Source of the DNA: Massalongia carnosa
Lineage: Eukaryota
NCBI GenBank assembly: GCA_965645245.1
Contig: OZ287070.1
Span: 1,612,001 to 1,676,000 of the forward strand
Reading direction: 5' to 3'
DNA: 64,000 nucleotides
The first letter of the stretch is position 1. Every line of letters starts with the position of its first letter. Position numbers and translations under genes: made by a program. Below the pieces are notes generated by a model. The model was not told the DNA's origin, did not search any database, and saw only the letters and a program-made list of their open reading frames with translations. Shown piece after piece: positions 11,135 through 23,910 of the stretch.

Positions 11135-13357
11135 ATGCCTCAAGCCGCGTCATGGATGGGCACACCCTCCATCAAAGGCTCCACGGAGTCGATACGAATG
11201 GCGCTGTTGACCTTCAGCTTAATAGGACTTCAGTAAGTAGTGGGAAAGTGTGTTGTGTGTGACGCGGAAGCTCATACTGTCTGCGACAGATTTACTTGGG
11301 GGATTGAGATGACGTGTGAGATACCTGGTGGTGTGGCCATCATCGAGGAGAGGCTAGGGCTAAAGCTCGTCAGACTGCACACCGTACCTGTTACAACTGG
11401 GCCTAACTAAAAGCCACACGTCCATGGTCTGGATCGCAGGGCCGTTGTCAGGTCTCATAATGCAGCCGGTGGTGGGAGTCCTCGCAGATAGTTCGCGATC
11501 GAAATGGGGAAGACGAAGACCTTTCATGGTTGGCGGCGCTGTGGTAGTAGGCCTGTGCCTATTGGTGTTGGGCTGGACGGCTGAGATAGTGGGATGCTTC
11601 GTGACGGAGCCGAACTGGGTGAGTGACGAACAGCGGAATTTGACAATGTATCAGTCGTTGAGGGTAGCATCCAGGCCCGATCGTGTACCATTGCATTGGC
11701 CGTACTCAGTATCTATGCGGTGGATTTTGCCATCAACGCCGGTATGGATGTCTCATGTAACTAAGGGTATGATAAGCTGAAACAAACCAGTCCAATCATC
11801 GTGTCGGAGTCTGATCATCGATATTCTACCTATCCCGAAGCAACAGCTTGGGTCGGCATGGGGTAAGCTCTCCCATCTGAACTCGGTGCTTAGCGGACGT
11901 TGAGATCCTGAAGCCAGTAGGATGATTGCCGTCGGTCAGCTCCTCGGCTATGGCGCGGGAACCATCAATCTGCTGAATATTTTCGGGCCGATGCTGGGAG
12001 ACACGCAGTTCAAGCAGTTGACAGTGATTGCCGCGATAGCGATAATCTTCACTGTCTGCGTGACCTCCTGCGCTGTCGAGGAGCGAGTACTCCTTTCGTC
12101 TCAGTATGTCGACTCCACCATAACCTGTATATCTTCAAGCTCACAGGCCATAGAGACGCCGATGTCACGACGGGGGCTTTTGAGATGATGAACAAGATCT
12201 TCAAGACCACCATGAATCTACCCGACCGAATCCAGGCCATCTGCTGGATTCAATTTTGGGCGTGGATAGGTAAAACACCCACTCAACATCCTTTCCCCCC
12301 CTCCCGGCTGATACGATCCAGGCTGGTTTCCATTCCTGGTTTACAGCACCACCTGGGTAGGCGAAACCTATTACCGCTACTCGGCTCCGCACTCGGCCTC
12401 GACATCCACCGACACTCTCGGCGAAATCGGCCGTATCGGCTCCCTCGCGCTTGTCATCTTCTCCGTCATCACCTTCATGGGCTCCGTGCTCCTGCCCTGG
12501 ATCGTGGAATCCCCCGATTGCGAAAAACGCGGCTTCGCTCCCCGTCCCCCGGTCCGCATCGCCCCGCTCGTCGCTTCCATGGCCAGGTACAAACCTGATC
12601 TCCTCACCGCCTGGATGTATAGCCATCTCATCTTCGCCTCCGCCATGTTTCTCGCCCCGTTCGTGCGGTCGCTCCGCATGGCCACCATCCTCGTCTCTAT
12701 CTGCGGAATGTACGTCCTCCCACCAACCTCCCCCCCTTTTCTAGCTCATCCAGTTAACGTTGCTCCCCTCAAACAAGCCCCTGGGCCCTAACCTGCTGGG
12801 CCCCCTTCGCATTCATGGGCATAGAAATCAACCGTCTCGCCGCCCCCATCGGCCCCTCCTCCCACCGCTCCACCCCATCCTACCGCCGCGCCCTATCTGA
12901 AGACCTCTCCTCTTCCTCCTCCCCCACTGCCTCCTCCTCCCCGTCCCCCACCCCGTCTCTGCGTCTACACCATCAGCGCGATGTCGACCCCCTTGACCTC
13001 GCCGTCCCCGCCACCGACCCCTCCTCCTCCTCCTCCTCCTTATCCTCTTCCTCCTCCTCCACCGGCGAAACAGCAGGCACCTACCTAGGCATCCTGAACC
13101 TCTTCACCACTCTGCCGCAGTTCGTCGGCACGCTGATCAGCATGGTGGTGTTCTCCATCTTGGAGCCTGGCCATAGCGAGCTCCTGCATCAGCCCGTAAA
13201 GGCGGGCGCGCCCGAAGGGCCCGGAGGGGAGGGGACAGGGGACGAGGCGCGCAGGATCAGGGACGGTCCGAATGCCATTGCGGTTTGTTTGTTTATTGGT
13301 GCGTGGAGTGCTGTTGGCGCTGCGTATGCGACTAGGAGGATGAGGGTGGGGAGCTGA
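11135..13357 (+). CDS. SUT1-type (GPH family) sucrose/alpha-glucoside:H+ symporter; multi-exon
   Basis: MPQAASWMGTPSIKGSTESIRMALLTFSLIGLQ|FTWGIEMT|YCTPYLLQLG, VWIAGPLSGLIMQPVVG...SKWGRRRPF, WAPFAFMGIEIN and GTYLGILNLFTTLPQF; canonical introns. Confidence 0.9.
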
Positions 13358-13819
13358 GGGTAGGGATCGGGGTAAGGGTAGGGGTTTAGGTTGAAGTTGG
13401 AGTGGTACAGATAAATTACTGAGGAAGGATATTATGTATGAATGTAACGCATCGCATCGCATCGCATTTAGTCACTTTTCTCATTGGGACTGTCAAGTAC
13501 GGTTAGTTTTCAGGTCGGTGGAAAGTCCCCTCAGGCCAATACGTTCATTTTCTTCTCTTGCTCTTTGTTAGGTACATATAGGTATGGAGATTTGGGGGCC
13601 GGGGGAGTGGGAGGCGGACTGGGGAAATGGGGAAAGGGAGAGAGAGAGAGAGAGAGACGGAAATGAAATTGTGGTGGTGAAGGTGGAGGAAGGGGAGGAG
13701 GAGGGGAGGGGGAATCCTCGGGGGGGGGGTGTTTTGATAGTATTTATATATTTTTATCAAAGAATGTGAGATTTTGGTATCTAAGAAAAATGTACGTAGG
13801 ACTGGGCGTTGGGAAGAGC

Positions 13820-13857
13820 AGGTAGGTAGGTAGGTAGGTAGGTAGGTAGATAGGTAG
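13820..13857. repeat. (AGGT)n microsatellite
   Basis: Tetranucleotide run read directly from the sequence. Confidence 0.9.
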
Positions 13858-14084
13858 TCAAGAGAAAATAAGGCCACAGCTAACTCTTGTTTCTGAATTG
13901 AGGGTTCATCAATTCTATTCCAAAAATGATATTAGCTAAACCCCCTTCTGGTTAAACATAGTTATCCCTACAACCCTAACCCCAACCCCAACCCTTTCTA
14001 GATTGCTCAAGATTCCAGAAAAGAAAATGTTCATGAATGAAAATGAAAAAAATGGTGGTGGCGGGTATAGATATCATGCAAACC

Positions 14085-15026
14085 TCATTTCGGCGTATCC
14101 TTCTTCTTCCCCATGAGTTTGTGCTTTAGCTTGTCGGCTAGTCCTTCGTGCACAGTGGACTCGGGGGCGTCGTGGTGGATGTTTCCTTCCCCGCCCCGCT
14201 ATTTGTCGATACATTAGCTTTTCGCTCAAAGCGGAGGGCGAAAGAAGGAATAACGGAGAGGAGGGAGAAAGACAACTAAGGGGGGATTCTTGAAACTTTG
14301 AGTGGAGAGGAAGGCGAAGCAAGCTTAAGGTTATAAAGTTATACGTACGCCAACATGGTAATTCTCGCTCGAGGACCTCCGTATCGCTGATTCAGGGACA
14401 ACATCCCTGTCGCCAGGGTGAAGGTTAGTTGGTTTTAGGCCTGGGGAGCCGATGTTGCCGACGCCTCCGCGCTGGATTGGGAGATGGCGGTATTAGCAGC
14501 CGATTTCAAATGAAAGACGGGTGAGCATGGAAGGATTTAGTATCAAGGGGACTAGCCAGGAAAAAATGTCAAGGGTTATGCTGTTTATGCTGTTCAGGGA
14601 TGGAAGAGTGCCAGGAGTTGGATGTAAATAGATGGATGAACGTACACCGGCAGAGTATGCGCCATCGCCCTGGTCGCCAATGGGTCCTTCGCGGGTGATT
14701 TCCCCATCAGTGTAGCTAGCAATGAAATATGTATCAGCGCAAGGCTTCAACGGGATGTAAGAAGCTTGGCACTGTGGGGGCGGAGGCCTGACTGTCGAGT
14801 CCGGCATAAAGGATTTGTCGTGCCCTGGGATAATGGAGAAGCCACTTTAAAGTGGGTTGAGCTTACACCTTATCATCTGGAAGAACATTCCCGGCGCCTA
14901 CGGTATAGGTTGATGTCAGTGCTGAGGATTTGTTGGAGGGGTTGAAGGAAGGGGAGGAAGAGTGGCCTCACCTCCACGGCCGTGGGATACCACTGGCTCC
15001 TCAATTGTTGGATTGTGTGAGGACAT
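14085..15026 (-). CDS. DUF3602-family small protein (repeated GRGGxGN motifs); 5 exons
   Basis: Spliced reading MSSHNPTIEEPVVSHGRG|GAGNVLPDDKV|YTDGEITREG...YSAG|RGGVGNIGSP...YHVG|RGGEGNIHHD...GLADKLKHKLMGKKKDTPK*; all introns GT-AG with branch sites. Confidence 0.8.
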
Positions 15027-15944
15027 AGTTTGGTTGTTGCTTGAGGAATCTGTGATATTCTGTTCAATGCCGCGCTTTTAATATTGTATGTCTCGAATGA
15101 TATCGTAGCAGTGATGAGTGATAAGAGAGAATGAGGTTTATAAACGCGAATAAGGGCACCTTAGGCTTTATGGTGCGCACGTGGTGTTTGATCTGCAGGA
15201 TTTGGAAAACGTGGGCTGAGGTGTGTTAGAGCTTACTTGCAGTGTAATGTTGAGAGGATATTTAGAGGAGTTTGCTGGAATGAATATTGTTGAGTTTGCG
15301 CTTGAAAGCGATATGATGATACACGGTGGAATGACGCAAGGTGGGGGAAGGTGGGGGGAAGGAGGAACCGGTGAGCTCGAACTGCCGCAGGGGCGGGTGG
15401 GTCTAGTTAATTAGATACTACGTATGAACGCTCGACATCATGAAAATATCATGATCACGTATTGTAACCAATTCTGAACTCAAAGTCATACTCTGTACAT
15501 AATAATCAACTTAAATGATTTTTCTATTATGAGGAACTGAATAGGCGGCCCGACAAGGTTTTCTGAATGCGGCCCGAACATCCGTTAACTAGGTAAGCAA
15601 GACTACCTACCCACATGCTTCCGAGCTGGGGTTGGGGCTAGGGCTTATCGAATCTATGAGTAGGTACTGGTATCAAACTCGGAAAAACATCCTCTGACTC
15701 GAAACGAATAACTATTGCAGGTTCTCTGACGTTGCAGACAAATAGCTAATCGGTCATGACATTTCATCAAATGCTTCTAGCAAACATCAACGCTCTAGTA
15801 ATGCCTCATCCTTTCCGCCTTTCCGTCCTTGAACATCATACAAGCTGTTTGTCCAGACTCAACAGATCCGCATCTCCGCGTCACCTATGTACATGTAACC
15901 TGCTCTGTTGAAGCCATCGTCTCCTCTCAAGACACATGCGTGGC

Positions 15945-17296
15945 TCACGACTTTGGTGGAGGTGCCGCACCAGTCGTTGGAAGACCCATATATACCTTGA
16001 AGCTATCATAAATACCCCATTCTGCGTACCGTTAGCAACTCGAACCCCTATCAACAGACAGAAGAAGACTTACGTAATGAGGTCAATGTTCCAATCATGA
16101 AAATTCTGATGATTAGTCCGTTCCAGAGCCCAGGGAATCCGATATCCTTATAAATCCGACCAATGGCAGCCCCAAACGCCTCTCCGGGCTGCCGATTGGC
16201 GTTAAGCTTGCTGACCATGACATCAGCAGGGTGAGAAACAATAGCGCAAAGAATGCCGGCAAGATAACCGGCAGTAAAAGAGACTCCGGTCTGTGCTCCT
16301 TTCCCGTAGTCCGACTTCTTTCCGGGTAGGTAGCCATAGATGGCTTCAACTATCGTCTCAAACGAAGCGAACTTCATCATCGTGTATGGGATTTGCCTGC
16401 CCCATAACGGATAGAGACCCTTGTATAAACTGGATACCCATAAGTAAGCAAGATGAGAGACGGCAAAGATTCAACAAGCTAAGTTCTTACCCAGCTGTGC
16501 CTTCTTTCGCAGTAATGGTGGAGATTCCGTCAAATGTTCCTTTCGCAAAAGGTGGTATTGTCGTTTGCATCCGAACTTTCACCGCCTCAAACGGACACAA
16601 GGCAACGTCGGCAATAAACTCTGCAGAAGCACTGGCGGCCAGATAGAGCGAAGTCTTATACCGGTAAGCTATATCTTCGCCCGCCAAGTCCGAATAAAAT
16701 TTCTTGAAATATTCATATCCTCCGTATTTGAAAGCCCCTTGTGCCTAAAAATTATCAGTCTATTTATCTCATTGCCGACGATCCGGATTTTACCGAGTAT
16801 CCGAAGAATGTAGGGCTCCAGCCAGTAAAGATACCACGTATCCCCTCAGCACGACCAATCTTGCCAAATGCCTCAATATTTCCTTTATACATCTTCGGAT
16901 CAACTTGGCGTCGGCACTTGACCAAGTCCAGCGGTGTCATGGCAGTGTGAGTTAAGCCCTATCGCCTGTAAGCTGTTCTGCCGAACGTTCCAATGCCAGA
17001 AAACCTACACAGGCAACGAGACCTCCGAGCGTACATGTAGCATAGTACTTTGGCGAGTAAAGTTCTATCTCCGTTCTTTTTGGTTGGATTGTCTGCGTAG
17101 CTTGATTCAGCTCCCTTCGGGCCTCTTCACTCAAGCTGCCAGCCTTGCTCTTGACATCTTCGACCGTGCTCCAGGCGGAATAATGATCTGAGGGAACTTC
17201 CGAAGCGTGCTGTTGCTCCGGAGCGGCTTGTCCAAATGGTAATCGCGGGGAGAAGGCCTCACTTAGAGTGCCTTGGGTGGGGAAAAGTAGAGGCAT
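15945..17296 (-). CDS. PIC2: Mitochondrial phosphate carrier (Pic2/Mir1 family)
   Basis: [84 protein letters not shown], and GLPTTG near the C-terminus. Confidence 0.9.
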
Positions 17297-18017
17297 GCTT
17301 CTCAATGACAGAGTGAGATCAAAGAATTAAGGACAGTCAGTCGCGCGATGACACCTTTGGATCAGAAGTGCCAGCTTTGATGCTTCCCTAACTGTAAGCA
17401 ATGGCGGGGCACAAGCTTCGGACTCGGGAAACCCAGGTGGAGGATGTCAATGTCCAATCATTGTTCATATCTACAAAACCTTGTGACGTAACTACCTAAA
17501 TTGAGAGCCGTTGCTAAAATCCCCTTTTCTTTGATGAAGACGGACGAAACGTTTCCATCCTCTTTCTATTTCAAAGATCCAACAGCGAGTAAAGAAGTAG
17601 CCTTTAAGGACCTATACTTCTGTAGTTGAAGCTCGAGAGGAAAAGGCTAAAAGGTTCTGATAAGGCAGTACAATTTTGAAAAAAGTATCAAAGACTCCCA
17701 TCAACACCCGGAAGACTAGGACACGGATGTCTATCTCGTCAGATATTCATCTAGATATGTATTTACCTCCCTTCCTCTCCTACCTAAGGGACGTACCTAT
17801 AAATACAAATAGGCACACCTCTCCACCACCCGAGCGCACCTTTCCTTTCCTCCTGTTTGACTGTAGGGCAGTTGACTCATAACTCGCCGCATACAAGTGC
17901 CATAAGGGTGTAATTTATAAACTAGTCATGACCCAAATACCCTTGCTTACATGCCTTCTGTAAACCCAATTATCAATCCATGAACCATTGAAATCAGCAC
18001 CATCTATCTCCGCAGCT

Positions 18018-18412
18018 ATGATCAACGAGCGCGAACTCGCCATCAACCCCATAGTGCAAGAAAGCGTCCAACATAACACCCAAGTCTCCCCCCCACCCCC
18101 CCACAAAGCCTTCAACCAACTAACCACTCTTCATTCCCTCAAAACTAGGTTATCTCCAATATCCGTAACCTCAGCGCCTCCCTCTTCGGTATCGCGTCCG
18201 GCATCCTCGGCCTAGAATCCTACGCGGGCTTCCTCTTCTACCTGCTCGGCACCCTGGTCGTCAGCGCGCTCATCTTCGTGGTGCTGGCGGAACAGAGGCC
18301 GGCGAGGTATTTTCAAAGCCCGCTCGCGGAGCTGTGGGGCGCGGAAGTGGTGGGGGGGCTGAGCAGTTTCGTGTTGACGTGGACGTTGTTTTATGGGTTG
18401 GTGAGGGCTTGA
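18018..18412 (+). CDS. EMC6: ER membrane protein complex subunit 6 (Rab5ip family); 2 exons
   Basis: MINERELAINPIVQESVQHNTQ|VISNIRNLSASLFGIASGILGLESYAGFLFYL...GLSSFVLTWTLFYGLVRA*; intron at ~18084-18149. Confidence 0.9.
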
Positions 18413-18923
18413 ATGGGGGGGGGGGGAGGTGGCGGGAAGGGAGAAATGGGGAAGGGGATGATCGGGTTGGGAGGAAGGCCCGAGGTGATTAGATGAGGAG
18501 TGAATGGAAGGGGCTAGCTAGCTTTTGTGTGGTCATTGTTACATATACCCTATATACATATCTCATTTAGGAGGGTTGCTTGAGAGAGCCTGGCAAGGGG
18601 GCTGGACAGAACTTTTTTCTTACGGATGAAGCTTGTAAACCCCGTTAGGGGCGCTGATGGCACCATTGCCAGGAAGTCTATTGAAACAGCGTAAAGCTAG
18701 AAAGATGGTCATCTGTGGACGGTTTGGAGCGTCATATGTATGTGTGTGTGCATGAAAAGTCCACACAGAAACATCGAGCTCATTAGCTTATATAGATTTG
18801 AATCACGATAAGCTCCTTATCCAAATACGTTTTAATCAAGCTAGCATGATTCATTCAGCTTAATAGAAGTTTGGGTGCGATCAACTCGGAAGAGGTCTCC
18901 CCGACGGCAAGGTTTTCCTAAAT

Positions 18924-21900
18924 TTACGCCACATCTACAAAGCCCCTTTTCTTCCTCCCCTTTGCCATCGTCACCTCCTCTTCCTCCCAGGTCGCCTCAT
19001 TCACGTATTCTTTCGAGTCCCTTTCTCCCACTTTGTTCGCTACGAACTTCAACGCGGCGAGATTGAACCCCATCTCATCTTTTTGCACCCGCAAGGCTGC
19101 CCTCAGGTGCTGGCGGATACCATCTAGCATCGGCCTCATCGTTTTGCTAGCCACGATTTGACGATAGTGCGTCTTGAGCATGAAGAATAAGATTCGGCAT
19201 GTGAGGGGCATGTTCCACTGCCTCTCCGCCCAGAGCCGCAAGAATGTGAAGAGGGGTGGGACTTTATCAAAAGGGAGCACGAGAAGGGCGTCTTGGAGGG
19301 CGGCCGCTTTGATTTTTTGCACAACGTTGAGAAGGTGAGCTTCGGCGGAAATGTTCCCAAATGCTAGGTAGAGTGGGTCTCTATCTGGAGGCACTAGATT
19401 TGGGTGAGACTTCTTGGCTTGATTCCATTCCTGTACCATATCCAGATCAATGATCCCGATCTCTAACGCTTCTGCTATTTTCTCACCGGCCATTAGTGTG
19501 TCCACGGTTTGCTTGCCAGCTGCTGCAACTTCACTCGTCTCCTGACCAGCTCCCTCGTCTTGCTCCAAAGATGTTGTGAGCGTATTCTCATACAGCTCTT
19601 CTAATTCCTTCTCTCGCTCTTCTTCTAGAAATATTTGTTCATCTGTCTGTTGCCAGACGCGGATACTCTTGTCATGACTGGCGGTGACAAAAAACTCGCC
19701 TGTGCGACTCACAGCCAGAGCCCATATTTCTCCATGGTGACCTTCGAGCTTCTGGATTTGCTCGAATTTGTCACCATCCCAGTACTTGATAATACGGTCT
19801 TTGCTAGCACTGAAGAAATGATGGCCATTGCCATCTTGATTGTGAGGGATAAAGACCACTTGCATTATACTGTCCTGATGCGCAAAAAAAGCCTTGTGAC
19901 AGTCCCCAAATTCTAAGCCCCAAAGCCTTACATTCTTATCCGCAGAGCAGGTTACAATCATCTTGCTATCAAAAGATATGTCCATGTTTAGTACAGGCAG
20001 TTTGTGCCCGTAGAGGTTCAGAAACAGTTTCAACGAGTCAACAAAAAAGACTTTTACGGTGTTATCCAGAAAAGACAAAGCAACAAGTCGAGAATCAGGC
20101 GAAAATCGAAGACAGAGAATGTCATCAGTAACTTTCAACGTCCGGGTATGCACCAGCTTGAAACGTGGTGTTGTACGTAGACTACCCGGTACCTCTTCCT
20201 GAACAACCTCAAACTTGAAGAATTTCGCGGATTTATCAGCGCTTCCTGTTGCAATAGATTTGCCGTCAGGATGGACATGTAGCGTCCAAATGGGACCTTC
20301 GTGTGCTTTCATAGTTTCGATAAGGGTAGAAGAAGCAATATCGTAAACCTCCAAGTCCCCGTTTCTGTTGCCCACGACGACTATCTTATCTCCGGGAAGG
20401 AAGGAAGAACAAAGTGCATATCCGCAGTCAAGGGTTCGAATACAACTCTGAGTCCGAATGTTCCATACTTTCAAGCTCCCGTTACAAGCAGAAGCTAGCA
20501 TCCTATCGTCAGAACTCAGCGCCAAAGAGCGAATATCTGTGCGATGCCCCGGCATCTCTACAGAAAACTGTCGACTGTAGTCCGGCGATTCGTCTGACTT
20601 TAAGGGCTTCTCCTTTGATTTGGCCACAAGCTTGTAAAGTTCTAACTGATTGTTCGTCGTAGCTGCAAGTAGCTGAACCGATGTACTCGCTCTTCCAGCG
20701 GCCCAGTCAATCGACCGAATCTTCCCACTTGTCCGGATTATCACAAAAGGGACAATGATCTCCGATACGTCTGCTGTGGAAATATCCTCGACACTACCGC
20801 CAACATTTACAAGTTCTTCGTTCATCATGACATCTTGATCTGCTGCAGCCGAAACCTTTTCTCGCCGTCTCTTCCGCTTCCGCATTAAAGACTTCTGTAC
20901 CTCAAGTTCCGAGCGTATTCTCCATAACTCAATAGCCTTCTCAGAACCATGTGCAGCAATGTAGGTTCCGCGGGGATGAAATGCGACACCTATTATCCTG
21001 TCTTTGCCCTGCCGGTACAAAGTGCCCCTCTCGCGAAGATACATCCTTTCCGTACCCTCATTGATCTGGTTGGCATGTTCGGCCAACCCTTTCATATCAA
21101 TAGACCAAACTTTCAACTCCCCGTCATTACCTGCAGTAATGCAGCCAGATCGATCGGCCGAGATACCCATCGACCAGCACTCACCATTGATCTGGGCAAC
21201 GTGCGTCTCCATACAATGACGAGCCCCTAAGTCCCATATTTTAATTAGGGCATCCTTACTTGTCGACAGGAGGAAGCCAACATGACCCCTTTCATTGTGT
21301 ACTTTTTCATTTGCGGATAGTCCATGAGAGTTTACATCGCCATTGGTAGAATACTCTATGATCTCGGTGGGTTCAAGGAATTGCAATGCAGTAATTTGAT
21401 CTTTGTGACCCCGAAGTCTGAAAATTCCAACTTCAGCAACTAAGTCCCAAATTATAATTTCCGTGTCCTTGGATCCACTGGCAAGTCGTACCCCATCTTC
21501 ATCAAATACCAATGTGGAGATTGCCGATCGATGGCCATTGAAACTAATGATAGCCGTTGCTATCCTTGAGTCCCATAATCGAATGGTACCGTCACCGTAC
21601 CTGCGCCAAGATTATCAGCACCTTGAGGTCGAAGTTGCGCAACCATAACCCACCCTACAGCGTAGATATCCGGATCTGCCTTGCTCCTATTTATGGCAGT
21701 AACTTCTGCGCTACAGTCATTGTCCTTCCACCGACTAATCAGTTCACCTTTCTTGATATCCCAGCACAAGACTTCTTCATCTGCGCCAACGATTGCCCTT
21801 CCAGCGCCCGAAGCATGAAGCGCGCTGTTCTCCGCATGTTCGTCTCGAGACCAAACGATGTTGGACGAGGTAGATGTTATGATTCCAAATGTATTAGAAT

Positions 21901-21984
21901 GCTCATACTTTCTGTACCGGTTAGTAGGCTTTACTCCCAGAGCAGAGTGTATGGGAGACGAACTTACAAGTAGGATTTGACCAT
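18924..21984 (-). CDS. UTP12: WD40-repeat U3 snoRNP (UTP-B) protein Utp12/Dip2
   Basis: N-terminus MVKSYL|KYEHSNTFG; many WD40 repeats (GHRTDIRSLALSSDD, LYGHKLPVLNMDIS, GHHGEIWALAV); C-terminal Utp12 domain. Confidence 0.95.
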
Positions 21985-22266
21985 CTTGTCGCTGAGAATC
22001 CTTAAAATCTTCACATTCCGGGGATTTCGTGCCGCCACTAGCAAGCGAGCCCACCACTGGGCTATCGGCAGCTTCCCGCAAAGCCTCAATCCTCCAATGT
22101 TGCGTACTCTTACCTCTGTGTCTGGTAGATATCGAACGTTCGCATCCCTGATTTGAAATAATCTTTCACAGCTACCAGGACCAAGATCTACTATAGACCA
22201 GCTAGTCATCCGGTGTTCTCAAACGACAGGCCATGTAACATATCAGAATTCATTAACCCCATCACA

Positions 22267-23532
22267 ATGCTACTTCTAGACTACCAAAATGTGTTAATTC
22301 AGTCACTGCTTACCGAGCGGTTTTCCGGGTAAATCACAGAGCTTAAAACAAGGAACCATGCTTACGCCGTTCTCAGTGCACCACCAGTCTCAGTTGACCA
22401 AGTAGTCTCTGACTTCGACGGCGTTACCTTCCACCTGTCCACGCCGGAGTCAAAATCTAAGATTCTGATCTCCATATCTGTTAAGTGCTACAAGGAACTT
22501 CTGAAGTATGGCGCGCAAGAAGTTCTTGAAAGGGAATACGGCCCCTATATTGTATCACCAGAAGCTGGCTATGACTTTTCAGTATTGCTAGATTTAGAGA
22601 GTCTACCTAGTGACACAGGTAGATCGCCCCTTAGCTAGAAAACCTAAGAATTTCTATTAATCAACCCTGAGCAAATAGAATCACGGGAGGATTTGATCCG
22701 TCGAGTATCACTGTTGAAGCGGAATGCAATGGCAGCGCCCTTCGAGCGTGCATTCGATGATTTTGCAAAAAGGCAGGAAGAAGCTGCCAGGTTTACTAGC
22801 GAGTCGGCACCTGAAGGGGTACGAGAAGGAGGAGAGGTGATGGCAATTCATTACAGGGATGAAGAAGCGATTTACATCAAGGCCAGCCATGACAGGGTTA
22901 CGGTCATTTTCAGCACTATCTTCAGGGAAGAGACAGACCGAATATTTGGAAAAGTTTTTCTTCAAGTTAGTATGCTTGGGATACTGCTCTATGTGGAGAG
23001 CTAAAAAAAAATATGAAAGGAGTTTGTAGATGCGCGGAGGAGAGCTATACAGAACGCCCCCCAAGTTTTGTATCGCAACGAGCCTCCCTTAGAGCTTCAG
23101 AATGTAAAAGGGCTCTCTGACGGTAGCAACGGCGAAGTTGGATATGTGACTTTTGGTAAGGGATGCTACAATATCGGAAATGTCCTATCTAACATATAAT
23201 AGTCCTTTTCCCTCGCCACCTTATAATACAACGCCGGCAAGAGACTATTTCTCATATACAAACCTTTCGGGACTATTTTCATTACCACATCAAAGCATCT
23301 AAGGTATAGCGCTACGGCTAAATATAACGTTGAATTTTGCTGATATGCTCCTTCATCAAGGCTTATATTCATTCGAGGATGCGACGGCGAACAGCAGACT
23401 TTCTTCAGGGTAATCGCATTTCTTCTTGTTTAGAATAATGCTGACCATTTAGTACTCAACAGAGCGAGGCCCGAGAATGAGGAGAAGGAGAGGAAGACTG
23501 CCAGTGGTCGGACGTTTAGGGTTCAGGGATAG
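22267..23532 (+). CDS. ARPC2: Arp2/3 complex 34-kDa subunit (ARPC2/Arc35); 7 exons
   Basis: [81 protein letters not shown] and [13 protein letters not shown]. Confidence 0.95.
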
Positions 23533-23789
23533 TAATTGAAACGGATTATATCCATATACTCGTTTGTTACCGAGTGAGTGCCTTGACTATTTGACTTTGA
23601 TATCATTTTTTGAGTGAACCGAAGAACTCTTCACAACACCATTATTAGAGCCTTAAGCTTTTTCAGCATCGTAACTCCTCAATGGGGGTAAGATGAGAGT
23701 ATCTACTCTGTAACCGATGCTCGTCTGATCAGCTCAACACTAACGTAGGCTGAAAGTCTGCGGTCTCGCTTAATTGAATTAACCGGTCA

Positions 23790-23804
23790 ACGCGTGAGAC
23801 GCGT
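23790..23804. promoter_or_regulatory. Tandem MCB boxes (ACGCGT x2) upstream of the Scm3-domain gene
   Basis: ACGCGT at 23790-23795 and 23799-23804, ~110 bp before the ATG at 23911. Confidence 0.6.
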
Positions 23805-23910
23805 CAACCAAGAACCGATATCTACCTATTCGCAAAGTGTGAACATTGTCCCACCTTTGGTAATGTGCAATCACGGATTGACTGCATAGTTCCAGTACAT
23901 CAAGAAAATC

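Noticed and set aside
13971..13994. Telomere-like CCCTAA/CCCCAA run
   Set aside because: Only one perfect unit in about four degenerate hexamers; not a credible interstitial telomere.
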